Origin: Chrysomallon squamiferum
Taxonomy: Eukaryota; Animalia; Mollusca
Assembly (NCBI GenBank): GCA_012295275.1
Contig: CM022667.1
Span: 14,508,001 to 14,572,000 of the forward strand
Reading direction: 5' to 3'
DNA: 64,000 bases
In this document: positions 41,289 through 56,030 of the stretch, piece after piece
How positions within the stretch are numbered: the stretch's first letter is position 1
Layout: each line of letters starts with the position of its first letter
Position numbers and translations under genes: made by a program
Notes under the pieces: generated by a model
Seen by the model: the letters and a program-made list of their open reading frames with translations, nothing else
Told to the model about the DNA's origin: nothing
Database searches by the model: none

Positions 41289-41629
41289 GTATGTTTGTGT
41301 TTATATATATATAAATGAGGAATAATCCAACAAACAAAACATTTAAATGACATTATTTTCTCCACATTTAGTGTAAAAGATTCATCCATCGAAGATATTC
41401 GTCAATGTAACATTAAAACATTTTTATGTTATTATTTTTATTTCAGATTTTAAAATAATTCTAATTTTTTTTTTTTTTTTTTTTATAAATATCCAAACAT
41501 TGTGAATTGTGTTAAAAACATTTTTAAACACGCCTGCTCATGCAAAACTTTCACACCGTTATTGTTAATTCAGTAGATTATATTTCGATTCGTTTGTGAT
41601 CTGAATTTAAATCAAGTTCTAAAATAAAA

Positions 41630-41673
<44 letters not shown>

Positions 41674-41934
41674 TGTCAAGAGTAGCGTAAATCAAAGTCG
41701 TTAATCAAATGTTTTAAAACAGTTTAAAGAAAAAAACTTACATTTTCTTTTGTCCAGCGCCAAAGGTTACGTTAGAGAGATGAAATTCTGGAAACAACCG
41801 ACGAGACAAGCATACACTTGTACATAATCCAATACATCACCAGCGTCTGACACCATCTTCACCATCAACGAAGTGAACACAATTAGAACAGAGTGAAATC
41901 ACACAAATATTATTTGTATTAAATAGTTTATAAC

Positions 41935-42022
41935 GTAATAACAATAACAATAATAATAATAATAACAATAATAATAATAATAATAATAAAAACAATAATA
42001 ATAACAAAAATAATAATAATAA

Positions 42023-42104
<82 letters not shown>

Positions 42105-42105
42105 C
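41935..42105. repeat. (AAT)n/(AAC) trinucleotide tract, representative of dozens of (AAT)n, (ACT)n, (AAG)n and (ATC)n tracts
   Basis: Directly visible. Source of the poly-I/N ORFs. Confidence 0.95.
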
Positions 42106-42743
42106 ATTGTCATTGTCATAAAAAAAAAAAAAAAAAAGAAAAATAAATATCGTTGGAATCCAAAATTTAATTTATATTCAGTGATTGTATCGACTTTTAT
42201 GAAAAGGAATGATAAGAGGTTCTGAAAATATTTTCTCTTGTAATTTCATGCATGATAAATGTTTACAGTTATCGAAGCTCAACTAAAATAGATTAAAGAT
42301 TGTGAAAACCACAATTTTAATTTTTTTTTTTATTTTTTTTAAAGTGTACCTTTTCGAGATATATATTGCAATACTTCGCTGTCTTTGGGATGGTACAGCG
42401 TCTAAAACTGTGATGTATCTTACCATCATAAGACAGAAAATATAATATTTTAGACAAATACTGATTTCTCTTATTTATGAAATGTATTGTTCGCAAGTTT
42501 GATTCCTTTTTTTTTTTTTTTTAAATGTAGCTGTGTCAAACGCAGATTCAAGTCAGGTTAGGCTGCTTGTCTTTGTTCCATTCTTCTTCTTATTTTTTGT
42601 TTTAATATTCTCCAAAGTGCAAAGCATTCTCGATGTTAGCCGATCTAAATATATCATAATTATTTGAACTGTTTAGTATTTAATGATAATGTCGATGGAC
42701 TCTTCTTCTTTTCATTATTATGCTGCTATCACTATCATCATCG

Positions 42744-42783
<40 letters not shown>

Positions 42784-43219
42784 TGTAAATACTGGTCCCG
42801 ACTTTTTAAATGAATTTACAATATTTTCTCATAAAAACGCTTCAGTTGTGTTGTTTTTTAAAGCAAAAATACAAAATACTTCTTAATCATGTATTATTAG
42901 TTGAGTTAATTTTTTTTTTATCCAGAAGCTTTAAGAAAATCAATCCAGTACATCAATAGATACTTTATCCGAAAAACAACACGACGCCAGTCCCGCTAGA
43001 GTAGGCCATAGTTACGAGTTTCAAAGTACAACAGGGCGCTGCTGTTCAAATTGTATCTTGTAGGTAGGGGACAGTGTCTCGAAATTACACGTAGTTAAAA
43101 TAAAAATGAAAATGAAAGAAGAAAAGAAAAAGAAAAAGATATTTGGTTATTTGCTTTCACTATTTTCTTTAATATAGTAGTTCTGGTACTAGTAGTAATA
43201 CTAGTAATACTACTACTAC

Positions 43220-43251
<32 letters not shown>

Positions 43252-43359
43252 GTAGTGTTAGTAGTATTGATGATGATAATCACCAGAAAAAAAGAAATAA
43301 CTAAATAACTGAATTAAAAATAAAATAAAAATAATAATAATACCAATAACAACACAATA

Positions 43360-43444
<85 letters not shown>

Positions 43445-44669
43445 CGTTAGTAATGATGATGATAATAATAATAAATAATATTTTGAAAGTATTTGATTAT
43501 CTATTTATTTCTTTAATAAATACTGGATGACCTTTCCTCTCTTTATTTCTCTCCCTGTCTTTCTCTTCCTCTCCGTCATTAGTAATAATAACAATATTAA
43601 AAAATTATTAATAATATTTACACAGAAAATCTTCTGGTTTTTTCGATAATTATCTCAAGTACTTTTTAAGTAGAAAAATCACCATTTCATTACGAGTGAC
43701 ATTTTATGAAATTTGTTAAAGTGAAACCATTTCCTGAAATATTTTAAAATGATATTGATTAACTCAAGAAATAGAATGACAAATTGAATTTTTATTTTGT
43801 TAACATTTTATTTAATATTTTTATTAAAAATTATTATTTAAGAATATTAATAATTATATATAAAAAAAAAATGATATGGAAAGAAATTAATGAAGTGATA
43901 ATAAACAGACAAAGAAGAAGAAGAAGAAGAAGAAGAAGGAGAAGAAGAAGAAGAAGAAGAAGAGGAAAAAAGAAAGAAAGAAAATTTTGGGAAAAAGAAA
44001 AATAGGTTGTTATTTTTAAAGATTTTGTTCAAAATATAGAAGCTGGAATTTTGTACACTGTAAAGTTTATAAACATTTTCATGTTAAAAATATATTGAAA
44101 ATGTTTATTTTTATTTTTATCATTTCTATAATGATGGTATAAAATAGATACCATTTTCCCATTATATTTTATCGTGCAGTAATACATATTACGTTGTAAC
44201 ACAAACTCCTGTTCCTAGGTCTCAAATTACTATAATATTTACATTCATGAAGTTATTTTATGACGTTATTACGTTGATTCACTAACGGTAATTACGTCAT
44301 TGATTGTTACGGCTCGGATATGTTATTTTTTAATAATTAACTTTGTCACATTAAAAATAATAATGTTAACATATTCCTACATTAATATTCCCAGGCCGAT
44401 TAAATAAGGTTATTATTTTTTCTTGAGTTCTACACAAAATATGATGAATGATTCGCCTGGTAGTGGAAACGAGAATAATTCATGATTCTGTATTCATTTC
44501 AATTTTATGCATTTTGCAACAGAATATTGATAAACTTGTGGTAGTAGCAGTACTTGTAGTAGTAGTAGTAGTAGCAGCAGCACCAACAATAGCAGTGATG
44601 ATGATGATAATAATAATAATTAGAAGCAAAAAACAACACTTAACTAATGAAATAATAATAATAATAATA

Positions 44670-44706
<37 letters not shown>

Positions 44707-45085
44707 TTAAAAACAACAACAACAAAACAACTACAGCATTCACTTTTCAGCTACCCCAAATTCCTTGGTGACCAAGCTTTTCTCCCCCCGGACTATTTAA
44801 TGACGTCAACAATAATATGACGTTACGTAATATAACCACGGATTACTATTGCCAAAAAGTCTGCGCGAATTTTATAAGTTTATTACTAAAGAGGATATAG
44901 TCATTTAGAGATGAGATAAAAGCAGTTAGATACAATGCTTATTTTTTTCAGAGATAATGAAATACATCTGAACCAGTATTGTATGTTAACATGTTATATA
45001 TTTGCCAGTCAAGAAACGCATATCCGTAAATAGGGTTTTGGTCTCACTAAAATGTTTCTACTGTTATCATTATTATTATTATTAT

Positions 45086-45212
<127 letters not shown>

Positions 45213-45304
45213 TGTGACAAATACAATGGACAAACAAAAAGCTGTGTAATTGTTGCTCTAAATATCTGCGTTCCTTTTGTCAGTTATTAGATTCCATATA
45301 GTAA

Positions 45305-45590
45305 TATCAGATATTATTTTCATTATATTAAAGTATAAAATATCTAAATAGTTATAAATATTGATAGCCAAAGTAATTGTCAGCATACATCAAAGAAGCG
45401 GTTTTTTTATTTTTTATATGTAATTTTATTTTTATTTATTTTAGAAGAAAAAGAAGAAAAGAAATTGAAAGAAAAATACTGTTAGTATTATATTTGAATG
45501 TAACTGTCAGAAAGGTTTACAGGATTCTTCGACTTGTTTCTTTCTCCGCCTCTAACATTCTTTTCTTTAGTCGTCTCTTGAGAGAGAGAG
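45305..45590 (-). repeat. Unclassified dispersed repeat, copy 2 (inverted relative to copy 1), abutting a ~100-bp (GA)n tract
   Basis: Reverse complement reads CTCAAGAGACGACTAAAGAAAAGAATGTTAGAGGCGGAG...GTAAACCTTTCTGACAGTTACATTCAAATATAATACTAAC...ACCGCTTCTTTGATGTATGCTGACAA...AATGAAAATAATAT, colinear with 32761-33190. Confidence 0.8.
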
Positions 45591-45591
45591 A

Positions 45592-45689
<98 letters not shown>

Positions 45690-46171
45690 AAAATAAAAAT
45701 AACATTAATTAATTTAAATGAAATGAAATAAAAACAAGAAAATCCTTGAAATAAACAGAAATTAAAGAAAAACAAAACAAAAAAAACAACAACACAGCAA
45801 AAACAAAACAAAACAAAACAAAATGAAGAAGAAGAACAACAACAAAAAAAAAAAAAAAAACAAAAAAAAACAACAATAAGGTGAATATTTTCCGTGATAT
45901 CATTTGAATTTAAGTTAATGTGATTAACCTGACAATTCATTTTGATTACAATCTAAGAAAATTTGATTAAACCAGCCAGCATTCTAAACAATACGGAAAT
46001 GACGTTGGCGGATATTGCGTCATGATCTGATTACTAATTTCTGCTTTCTTTTCTTTCATTCTTTTATTCGTTTGTTTTTGTTTTTATTTATTTATTTTTT
46101 GTCCTTGTTTTTCGTTTTGCTTATTTTACATGAAAAGAACAACATAACTGTTCACCTAATTATGTAAGTAA

Positions 46172-46216
<45 letters not shown>

Positions 46217-46228
46217 TACTACTACTGC

Positions 46229-46267
<39 letters not shown>

Positions 46268-47029
46268 CATTATTATTGATATTATTATTGTTCTTGTTGT
46301 TGTTATTATTGTTATAGTTGTTGTTGTTTATTTTTTTTTTGTTTTAGAAGCGCATACAGATTTTGAAAAAATATAGAACACATACCATTATAACAGACTA
46401 TGTGCAACTGAAATAAAGCAAATATATGTTATACAATTAGACTAGGACCTGTCAATTACTGTTAATGTAACATTCATTATTCAACTAATTAAGAAATATG
46501 TTAGAATAAAGGTAAACTTAAAATAAAACAATAACAAAAATAAATATAACAATTACAACAAATAATAATAATAATGATAATAATAATGATGATGATGATG
46601 ATGATGATAATAATAAATAAATAAATATAAAAATAAAAGAAAAAAACAAACAAACAAAAAAGGTTTTATAAATCTTTGATGTCAGTTCTGTTTATTTATT
46701 TATTTATTCATTTACCGATGCTACATCAAATAGATTTTCTATTATCGACCATTGGATTTCAGACTTTATTCTGAAAAAGATTCTGAAACTCGATCACCAT
46801 AGAGCTCATTTGCACGAACAGGAAAGCTTTGATCTTCAGACAAATGTTGACTGGAACTGGAAAGAGCTTAAAGAAGGTATTCAGAAGTAGCGATCATGCA
46901 ACACAGAGGACTCTATTGTTAATATGGCTGTTAAACAAATATTAATTCATTTATTCGTTCATTTAATTTCTTTATGTAATTTGGAGATTATAAAATGTTA
47001 AAAGTGTTCGAAAGACGAGTTATTTCGAA

Positions 47030-47455
47030 AATGTACGTGCCTGCCGCTAATAATCTGCAGACGTGTGTTTATTTATCGTTTAGTTTGGACTTCTGTCTAG
47101 CGTACGGTTATCGTGAATTACGTCATAATTATACGTAAACCTCGGAACGCGCCGGAGATCGCGAGATATGAAATGTCATCCGTTTCTTTTTTCAAAATTG
47201 AATTTTCCTGTCTTTGAGGTTTCTGTACGACCTGTCACGACACAGGACCGAACAACAATCGCTTCTTAATAATATTTGCATTTTACGTAAAACCTCAAAG
47301 AAACTGTCTATTAAACCGCGATGGAAAAAAACCGCCAAATTGCGCGCGCTTGTCACGCGCGGGACGCGCTGCTCGGTCGACGCGTTCTTGTCACGTGATT
47401 CGTTCTTATGCGGGTATGCAAATCAGTGTTCGATCCTTTGAACTGACAGTAAGTT
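47030..47455 (+). promoter_or_regulatory. CpG-dense promoter-like island ending in a splice donor-like site
   Basis: TTACGTCA 47118, TTACGTAA 47283, CCGCCAAA (E2F-like, ~47332), GCGCGCGC, GTCACGTGA (~47390), octamer ATGCAAAT (~47417), TCAGT (~47424), CCTTTGAA (~47435), GTAAGT at 47449. Confidence 0.4.
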
Positions 47456-49385
47456 GTGTTAAACTTGTGGGTTTTTTTGATTGATGTATGATAAATATTC
47501 AAATTTTCCAAAATTTATTTATTTATTTATTTATTATTAATTTTTTGTATTTATTTATTTGTTTTTTCTTTCCAGTATTTGATCGATTTTATTTGTTTGA
47601 TGTAAAATATTTTTTTTTTTACCTCATTTGGAAAACAAAATGTCAAATTAATGATAACAACCACGTAATAAAAAGAACAACGACGATGACAACGACAACT
47701 GCAATAATAGTAATATATACAACCATTTAGTTATGTTTTTGTTGCATTTTATATTTGAACAGCAACAAAAACACACAACGAAATTGTAGTCATAGTTGTA
47801 GTAGTGGATGGTAGTAGTATTATTAGTAGTAATAGTAGTAGTACTAGTAGTAGTAGTAATAACAGTAGTAGTGGTAGTAGCAACAGTAGTAGGAGTAGTA
47901 GTAGTAGCAGTAGTAATACTAGTAGTAGTAGTAATAATAGAAGCAGCCACAGCAGCAGTTGTCGTTGTAGTATCTGTTAGATGAATGCCAATGTAGCTCA
48001 AGTTACGCGAACGGTTTTGATAAAGAAAGAAATAAAAATAAAAATAGCCAAACCCTCTTTACAAAGAAATAAATCAACAAACAAGCAGATAAATAAACAA
48101 ATAAATACAACGCCTATATAAAATTAATCACTGAATCAAACACAATATCTATAATTCTATAATTCACATTTCCTCCTTCATTGTGAATTGGCTAACGCAA
48201 ATCCTTGAACACGGGAATCTACAATAATCGCAAAACGTAAATAATAATAAAAAAAAGCTTTTAGCCGAGATAAAGAGAGAAACGAATAACAATCTTTGTG
48301 CAAACAGAACAAGATGGATTTCTGTATGTAGCTTGAATATCAGGCAGATAAATTCTAACTACATTTTAGTGTTTATTGCTGCAGGCATAAACATGATTAA
48401 TTGCCAGATATTTTCTTCTTTATCAATTTGTATTTGAAAATTCATAACAGATTATCGTATATTCATCCGCCATATTTTTTTTTTTTTTTTCTCTGTTGAC
48501 TAGTTGCTACTAACTCTAGCTATCTATTTATCTAGCTTTCTTTGTCTTACTTATCTGTCTACCTGTTTATCTAACTACCTATCTAACTACGTCTTTATTT
48601 CTGCTTACATATACACATACACGTAAACATTAACACACATATATATACATGTTAAAATACACACACATACATATACACACTTAAACATATTCATATGTAT
48701 GTTTGTTTCTATGTATGTATGTGTGTATGTATGTATATACATGCACATAGCCTGTTTCCGTGTATTTGTCTCTATGATAGAAAAAAAAAAAATGTTTTAC
48801 CGCTCGTTCATGGTATTTCTTACTGTTTACTCATGATTCACATTCACGATCTATATACATTTTTTATTACTGTTATTGTGGTCGTCGTCATTATTAGTAT
48901 TGTTGTTGCTGCTATTATTATTATTGTTATTGTTATTATTATTATTATTATTGATGATGTTAACAATAAAAGACGTCATCGCTGTTTTTGCTATTACTGT
49001 TGTTGTTGTTATTATTTTTATTATTATTAAATATTTTTAAATTTACATATCGAATATTTCCATATGAGTGTATTCATTCATTGTTGTTGTTATTGTTAAT
49101 AATATCCGAGTAGATACGATGTATTCCGAATATAATAGCTTCTGACGTACACAATGAAATGACGTCATCGCTATTTATGTTAGCTTAAGACGTTTTCGTT
49201 TGTTGTTGGATTTATCGGTTTATGAAAAGACAGAAGATTATTTTCAATACGGTAAACTGTTTTAATATAACTGCGTTATTTTAATAAATATTTTATTTAA
49301 TTAAGTCATTACCCTTTGATTCACAAATTGAAATCATTTATGGTTCAAGTATTTGTGTAAAAGATAGCTATACTGATTTTAAAGA

Positions 49386-49436
<51 letters not shown>

Positions 49437-49703
49437 AATTAAAATAAATAAATAAACTACTGAATCAATCAAATAAAATATTAAAACGTGTTTCTTTAAA
49501 CATTTTTATTTATCTATTTTTGGAGGACATATTCTAATTTTCTCTCTTTTCAATCCTTCCTTACTTATATCTTTGTACTTAATTTTTTTCTGATTTCTAA
49601 AATATTTGTTATAAATATAAATACATACACACACACATACATATATACATACATACATACTTGAACACACACGTGCATACATTCATACATACATATACAT
49701 ACA

Positions 49704-49739
<36 letters not shown>

Positions 49740-49790
49740 TATATACACGCACAGTTAGAGAAAGAGAAAGAGAGACAGAAAAATATGATA

Positions 49791-49886
<96 letters not shown>

Positions 49887-50175
49887 CGTAATATAAAACT
49901 TTACATTGCTGTGTTGAAAACTGAATGTTCGGGCGTTATTAATAATAAACATTCAGGGAAAGATTTCCTCTACCTCCAGGCCTGGTTTTGCGAGCACAGA
50001 GATTTATCTATTCTGATATCTGCTTTGTAAGTTCATGAATAAAAATTTACGAATATGACAAACGATTATAACTTAAAAGCCTTCTGTGAATCATCTCTTC
50101 TGTGATTAGTGTTAAAACTAATTACTTCTGTTTCCGATGTTATTAATAAGTTGTGTAAGTTATCTCCTTGTTGTG

Positions 50176-50340
<165 letters not shown>

Positions 50341-51772
50341 ATCAGCCTACTGACAATAAAGTAAACGTCAGAAATACATGATTATTTGTTTTTGAATTAT
50401 TGCTATAATTTTATAACGAAATTAAAAGTGTACAATTTATTTTGTTTTTGTAGTGAGAATTTTTTTGTTTCTCCCAAAAATCTGATAGTCAGGTATTTAT
50501 TTTTATTTAAAATTTAAATAAATTCATTCAAAGGCGTAAATTTTTTTTTTTCTCTTACCAAACTTGTTCCAACCAGGTTGAGAATCCTGAAGTACGCACG
50601 AATGCAATTATCGAAAACTAAGATGCTTTGCTTTAATCTTTTTTCTTTTTTTTTTTTTTTTTTTTTTTTCTGATACTTTTTTTTTTTTTTTTTTGTCCAC
50701 TCTTAGTTTTCTTTCCTTTTCTTCTTCTTCTTCTTTTTTTTTCTCTTTCTGTTTTTTTTTTTGGGGGGGTTATCGACCACCAAGGCAACGTTGGAAGAAA
50801 ATGGGGTGCTAGATAATTGTTAAAACGTAATAGGCTATCAGAAAAGAGAAAATCGCCCGGAGTAAAGATACGAAATCGGATTTTGGCAGGATTGTTTTAA
50901 TAGTCGCTTTGAAGAAAACCATCGATTTCTGCGAGTCCGTGGAATTGTTTATTGTACAACACTGCGGGGTGCTGACCAATTTTAACGCCGAGGTGGACAA
51001 TTTAAAACATGTAAATAAAATTTTCCGAATTTGTTGTTGAGTGGAAAAATGGAATTTCGTTTCGCGACACGAAGAGTACGAATTTTCGTGCGAATCGTTA
51101 AAACAAATGAAGAAATAACAAACGGATCATTCCGTGTGCGGAATTAATGCCCGAGCTGTATTTAATTTTCTGATTAAAAAAAAAAAAAAAAAAAAATGGA
51201 AAAGAAAAAAGAAAAAGAAAATATAACAGAGGATAAGCGAAATACAGGAATGTTTATTTAAGATTTAGCCCCTACTCTCAAACCGCGTTTGTTTAAATAA
51301 GGGTGAAGAATGTTGCATGTAATGAAATTGTGAAGTAATCATCTTTTTTTTTTTTTTTTTTTTTTTTTAAATCTTTTCAAATAGAAGAAACCACAAATTT
51401 GTTTTGATTTGTTATTAAGTTTGAATTATCTCATACACACGCCACGAACAGAAAGAGAAAGAAACACAACGTACGTAAACACAAAAGTTATCGAAGACGC
51501 GGGCAACTTCGTGTTAATACCTACACATTACAAACAAGCCGGTGTATGCAACGACGACACTGAATGCGTACTGAGATAAAAGACAGGAAAGCGACAGAGA
51601 AAAAGAGTTCGATAAACCTGAAAGTTAGAAAGTGACAAAAGAAAGAAGAGATAGAAAGAGAAAGAAAGAGAAAAATTGTCTGTTTCTCTGTATGTATGTC
51701 TCTTTGTGTTTATACATGTGTGTGTGTATGTGTGTGTGTTTATTTGTATATGTTTATGTATACATACATACA

Positions 51773-51894
<122 letters not shown>

Positions 51895-52405
51895 AATAGC
51901 GAACAAACGAAAAAAGAGATTGTCTATCTGTATATATATGTGTGTGGTTAAATAATTTACATATGTTTTATCGTGCTGTTTAGACACACATACACTTAAA
52001 CAAATACACACAAGGACAGACAGAAAGAGAGAGAAAGACGGAAAAAAAAAAGAAACGTAAAAGTTCATATACTCAGACAAACGCGACCACTTTCATTTCA
52101 TCAGTTCAGTTAATCAGCACGTGTCACAGTCGGTCTGATGTGAGTGGACGTGAGTGTGCGCAGACACGCACACGTTTGCAAACACTCGGAGAGCCTGGCT
52201 TTCGTTTCTGTAAACAAAACTGCGTTCACTGCAGCCACCGCTGTTTGTACCATCAGTGAGGTAGATCTTTTGTCAGTACATCTCGTGTATCTCAGTGATA
52301 AGAATGTTTACAAACAGCAGAACTAGCCAGTTAGTTAGAAAAACATATTATTTTCACCATATTACTTAGTGATAATTCAACAAAACGTGTTATCTGTTTC
52401 TGTCT

Positions 52406-52516
<111 letters not shown>

Positions 52517-52596
52517 ATTGTATATGTATAATATGTAAGTATGGATGGATGGATGGAGATGTATATAATGCATTTATTATGTATATATTATTATAT

Positions 52597-52649
<53 letters not shown>

Positions 52650-54099
52650 CATGCATATACATACATACATATACATACATACATACATACATATACATAC
52701 ATATATATATATATAAATGTATGCATGTAAATGTATGCACACATATAGATATGTTTCTATATGTATAATGTGTATATGTTAGTTATTACTGTTTGCTAAT
52801 GTATCTAAATCCATTTTATTTTGCATGAAATAAAAAAATTCTGAATGCATGTTAATGTATTTTATCACCAACATTTCATATGATGCCATATTGTTCAAGG
52901 TGTATGAAAGGTCATACGTCTATACTACGTTTTATCTGATGGTTTGTGACGCTAGAAAAAACCCAAAAGGCATCCATATATGTATATGCAGAACGAAGTT
53001 ATGGAAAGTGGGTAAGCATGAGCACTTTTTGGTTCATGCATGTGTCACTGAGTTGCACATGTAGTGATGCCACAAACAGTTTTGCAAATGGATTATTTAA
53101 TTTATGCTTTTAGTTTAAAAGCTGTAAAAAAACCCAACGTTAAAAGTCGGTTTGAAAAAAATAAATAAAAAAAAAAAAAGAATGAGAAAGAAACAACAAC
53201 GACAACAAAAAACTAGAACATAACAGTAAACACAGAACTGTAACCTCTACAAAAAAAAAAAAAGACAAGATAATAATAATTATAAAAATAAATAAAAACA
53301 TAAAATAAAAAATATAATAAAATAAAAAAGTAAAAATAATTTAAAATGATAATAATAACAGCAACAACAACAACAATAACAATAACAATAATAATAATAA
53401 TAATAATAATAAAATTTATTTGATCCTACTACTAGTCCTGCTGCTACTACTACTACTACAACCATTACTGCAACCAAACCACCACTATCATTACCATACC
53501 ACCACCACTACTATTGTTATTATTACTACTACTACCACTACTACTACTATCACCACTACTATTATTACTACTAATAATTAAAAACTTCCAACATACGCAC
53601 CAGATAAAAAAATTTCTTATCACATGCAACATCTCCGTATTCTTCCTAATCCGCTTCTGTGATTCGAACCCAACTTCATGCCAGACCCTGAACCCTTTCC
53701 AGTACTTTAAACGTTCGAGAATGGCGTGCTACGGTACCCGCGTTAGAACCGGGTTTTACTCTGTTAAGTGACTACGTGTCTAACGAAAGTCCGACAGTGC
53801 ACTTTTACTGCTTGTTTCGTTATTTCACGTTGTCGTCTAACCTAATTGTGTGTGATGTAAGTCAGTGAACGGAGGCGACTAACACTGTTATTGTCATATG
53901 AAATCGGACTTGTATTAACGAGGCGGATGATGAATATATTCATTACATTGATGTAGAAAGAATTAAGTCTGATCAGTTGATGAAACACTTGTTTTTACAT
54001 TACTGCTGGCTAAAGGTTCGTTCATACTAGAAATCTGTAGTGCTGTACTGGTTAGCGTGTTTTGAAAGAAAGAAGAATTCTCTGTTAGCAACTGTAAAT

Positions 54100-55245
<1,146 letters not shown>

Positions 55246-55539
55246 GTTATAATTTCCTATAGTCAGCGTCATCATACCACAGACATCTAACGCACCACCA
55301 TCACTATCATCATCATCATATCATCACCGTCATCATCACAATTATCACCAACCACAAAAAAAAAAAAGAATCATCATCTTAATCATAACCATAATGATCA
55401 CCAACATCATTAACATCATGATCATAAGGACGATATCGAATCTTCATCGTCTCTTACTTCAACTTCACAAAGTTAAAATATATTTTACTGCAAAAAACCC
55501 CCAAAAATAACAACAATATTTCACCCAGCAAGAGCTTAC

Positions 55540-55770
55540 GTTCACTGCACGTTCTCTTTCGACACCATTACAAACTGTGTTGAACAAATGGTGCCTGCTT
55601 TCGGAGCTCGTTCAAAACTGCAGACTGAACCAGCCTTCCACTGAAGAAGCGGTGACGGACGGCGATGGTGAATGTGTTCTCTGGCAGTGTCAGCTCTGCA
55701 GATCGGCTGTCGCTGAGTGTTTCCTGCGTCACTCAGCAGCCGGAGAAGAGAAGAAGATACGTCTCAGGCT
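55540..55770 (-). ncRNA. Candidate 231-nt spliced non-coding or 5'-UTR exon
   Basis: GC-rich block bounded on the minus strand by TATCTCTTTCTGTACAG| (AG at 55772-55771) and |GTAAGC (starting 55539). All three frames contain stops. Confidence 0.35.
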
Positions 55771-55980
55771 CTGTACAGAAAGAGATACTGTTGAACGAAG
55801 AACTGTGCTGTTTTGTATGTAAGTGTAATTGGAGAAAAGACTGAAGAAGGAGGGTTGGAATGATGAGATGGGTATGGAAGAAAGGTGTGGAGGGAGAAAG
55901 AGAATGTGAAAGAGAGAAAAGAGGAAAGAGAAACGAAGAGAGTCAGGGAGGTTGGGATAGAGAGAAAAAGAGAAAGAAAA

Positions 55981-56030
<50 letters not shown>

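Noticed and set aside
53660-53672. B-box-like GGGTTCGAATC on the minus strand
   Set aside because: No tRNA stems or clear A box. At most a very decayed SINE head.
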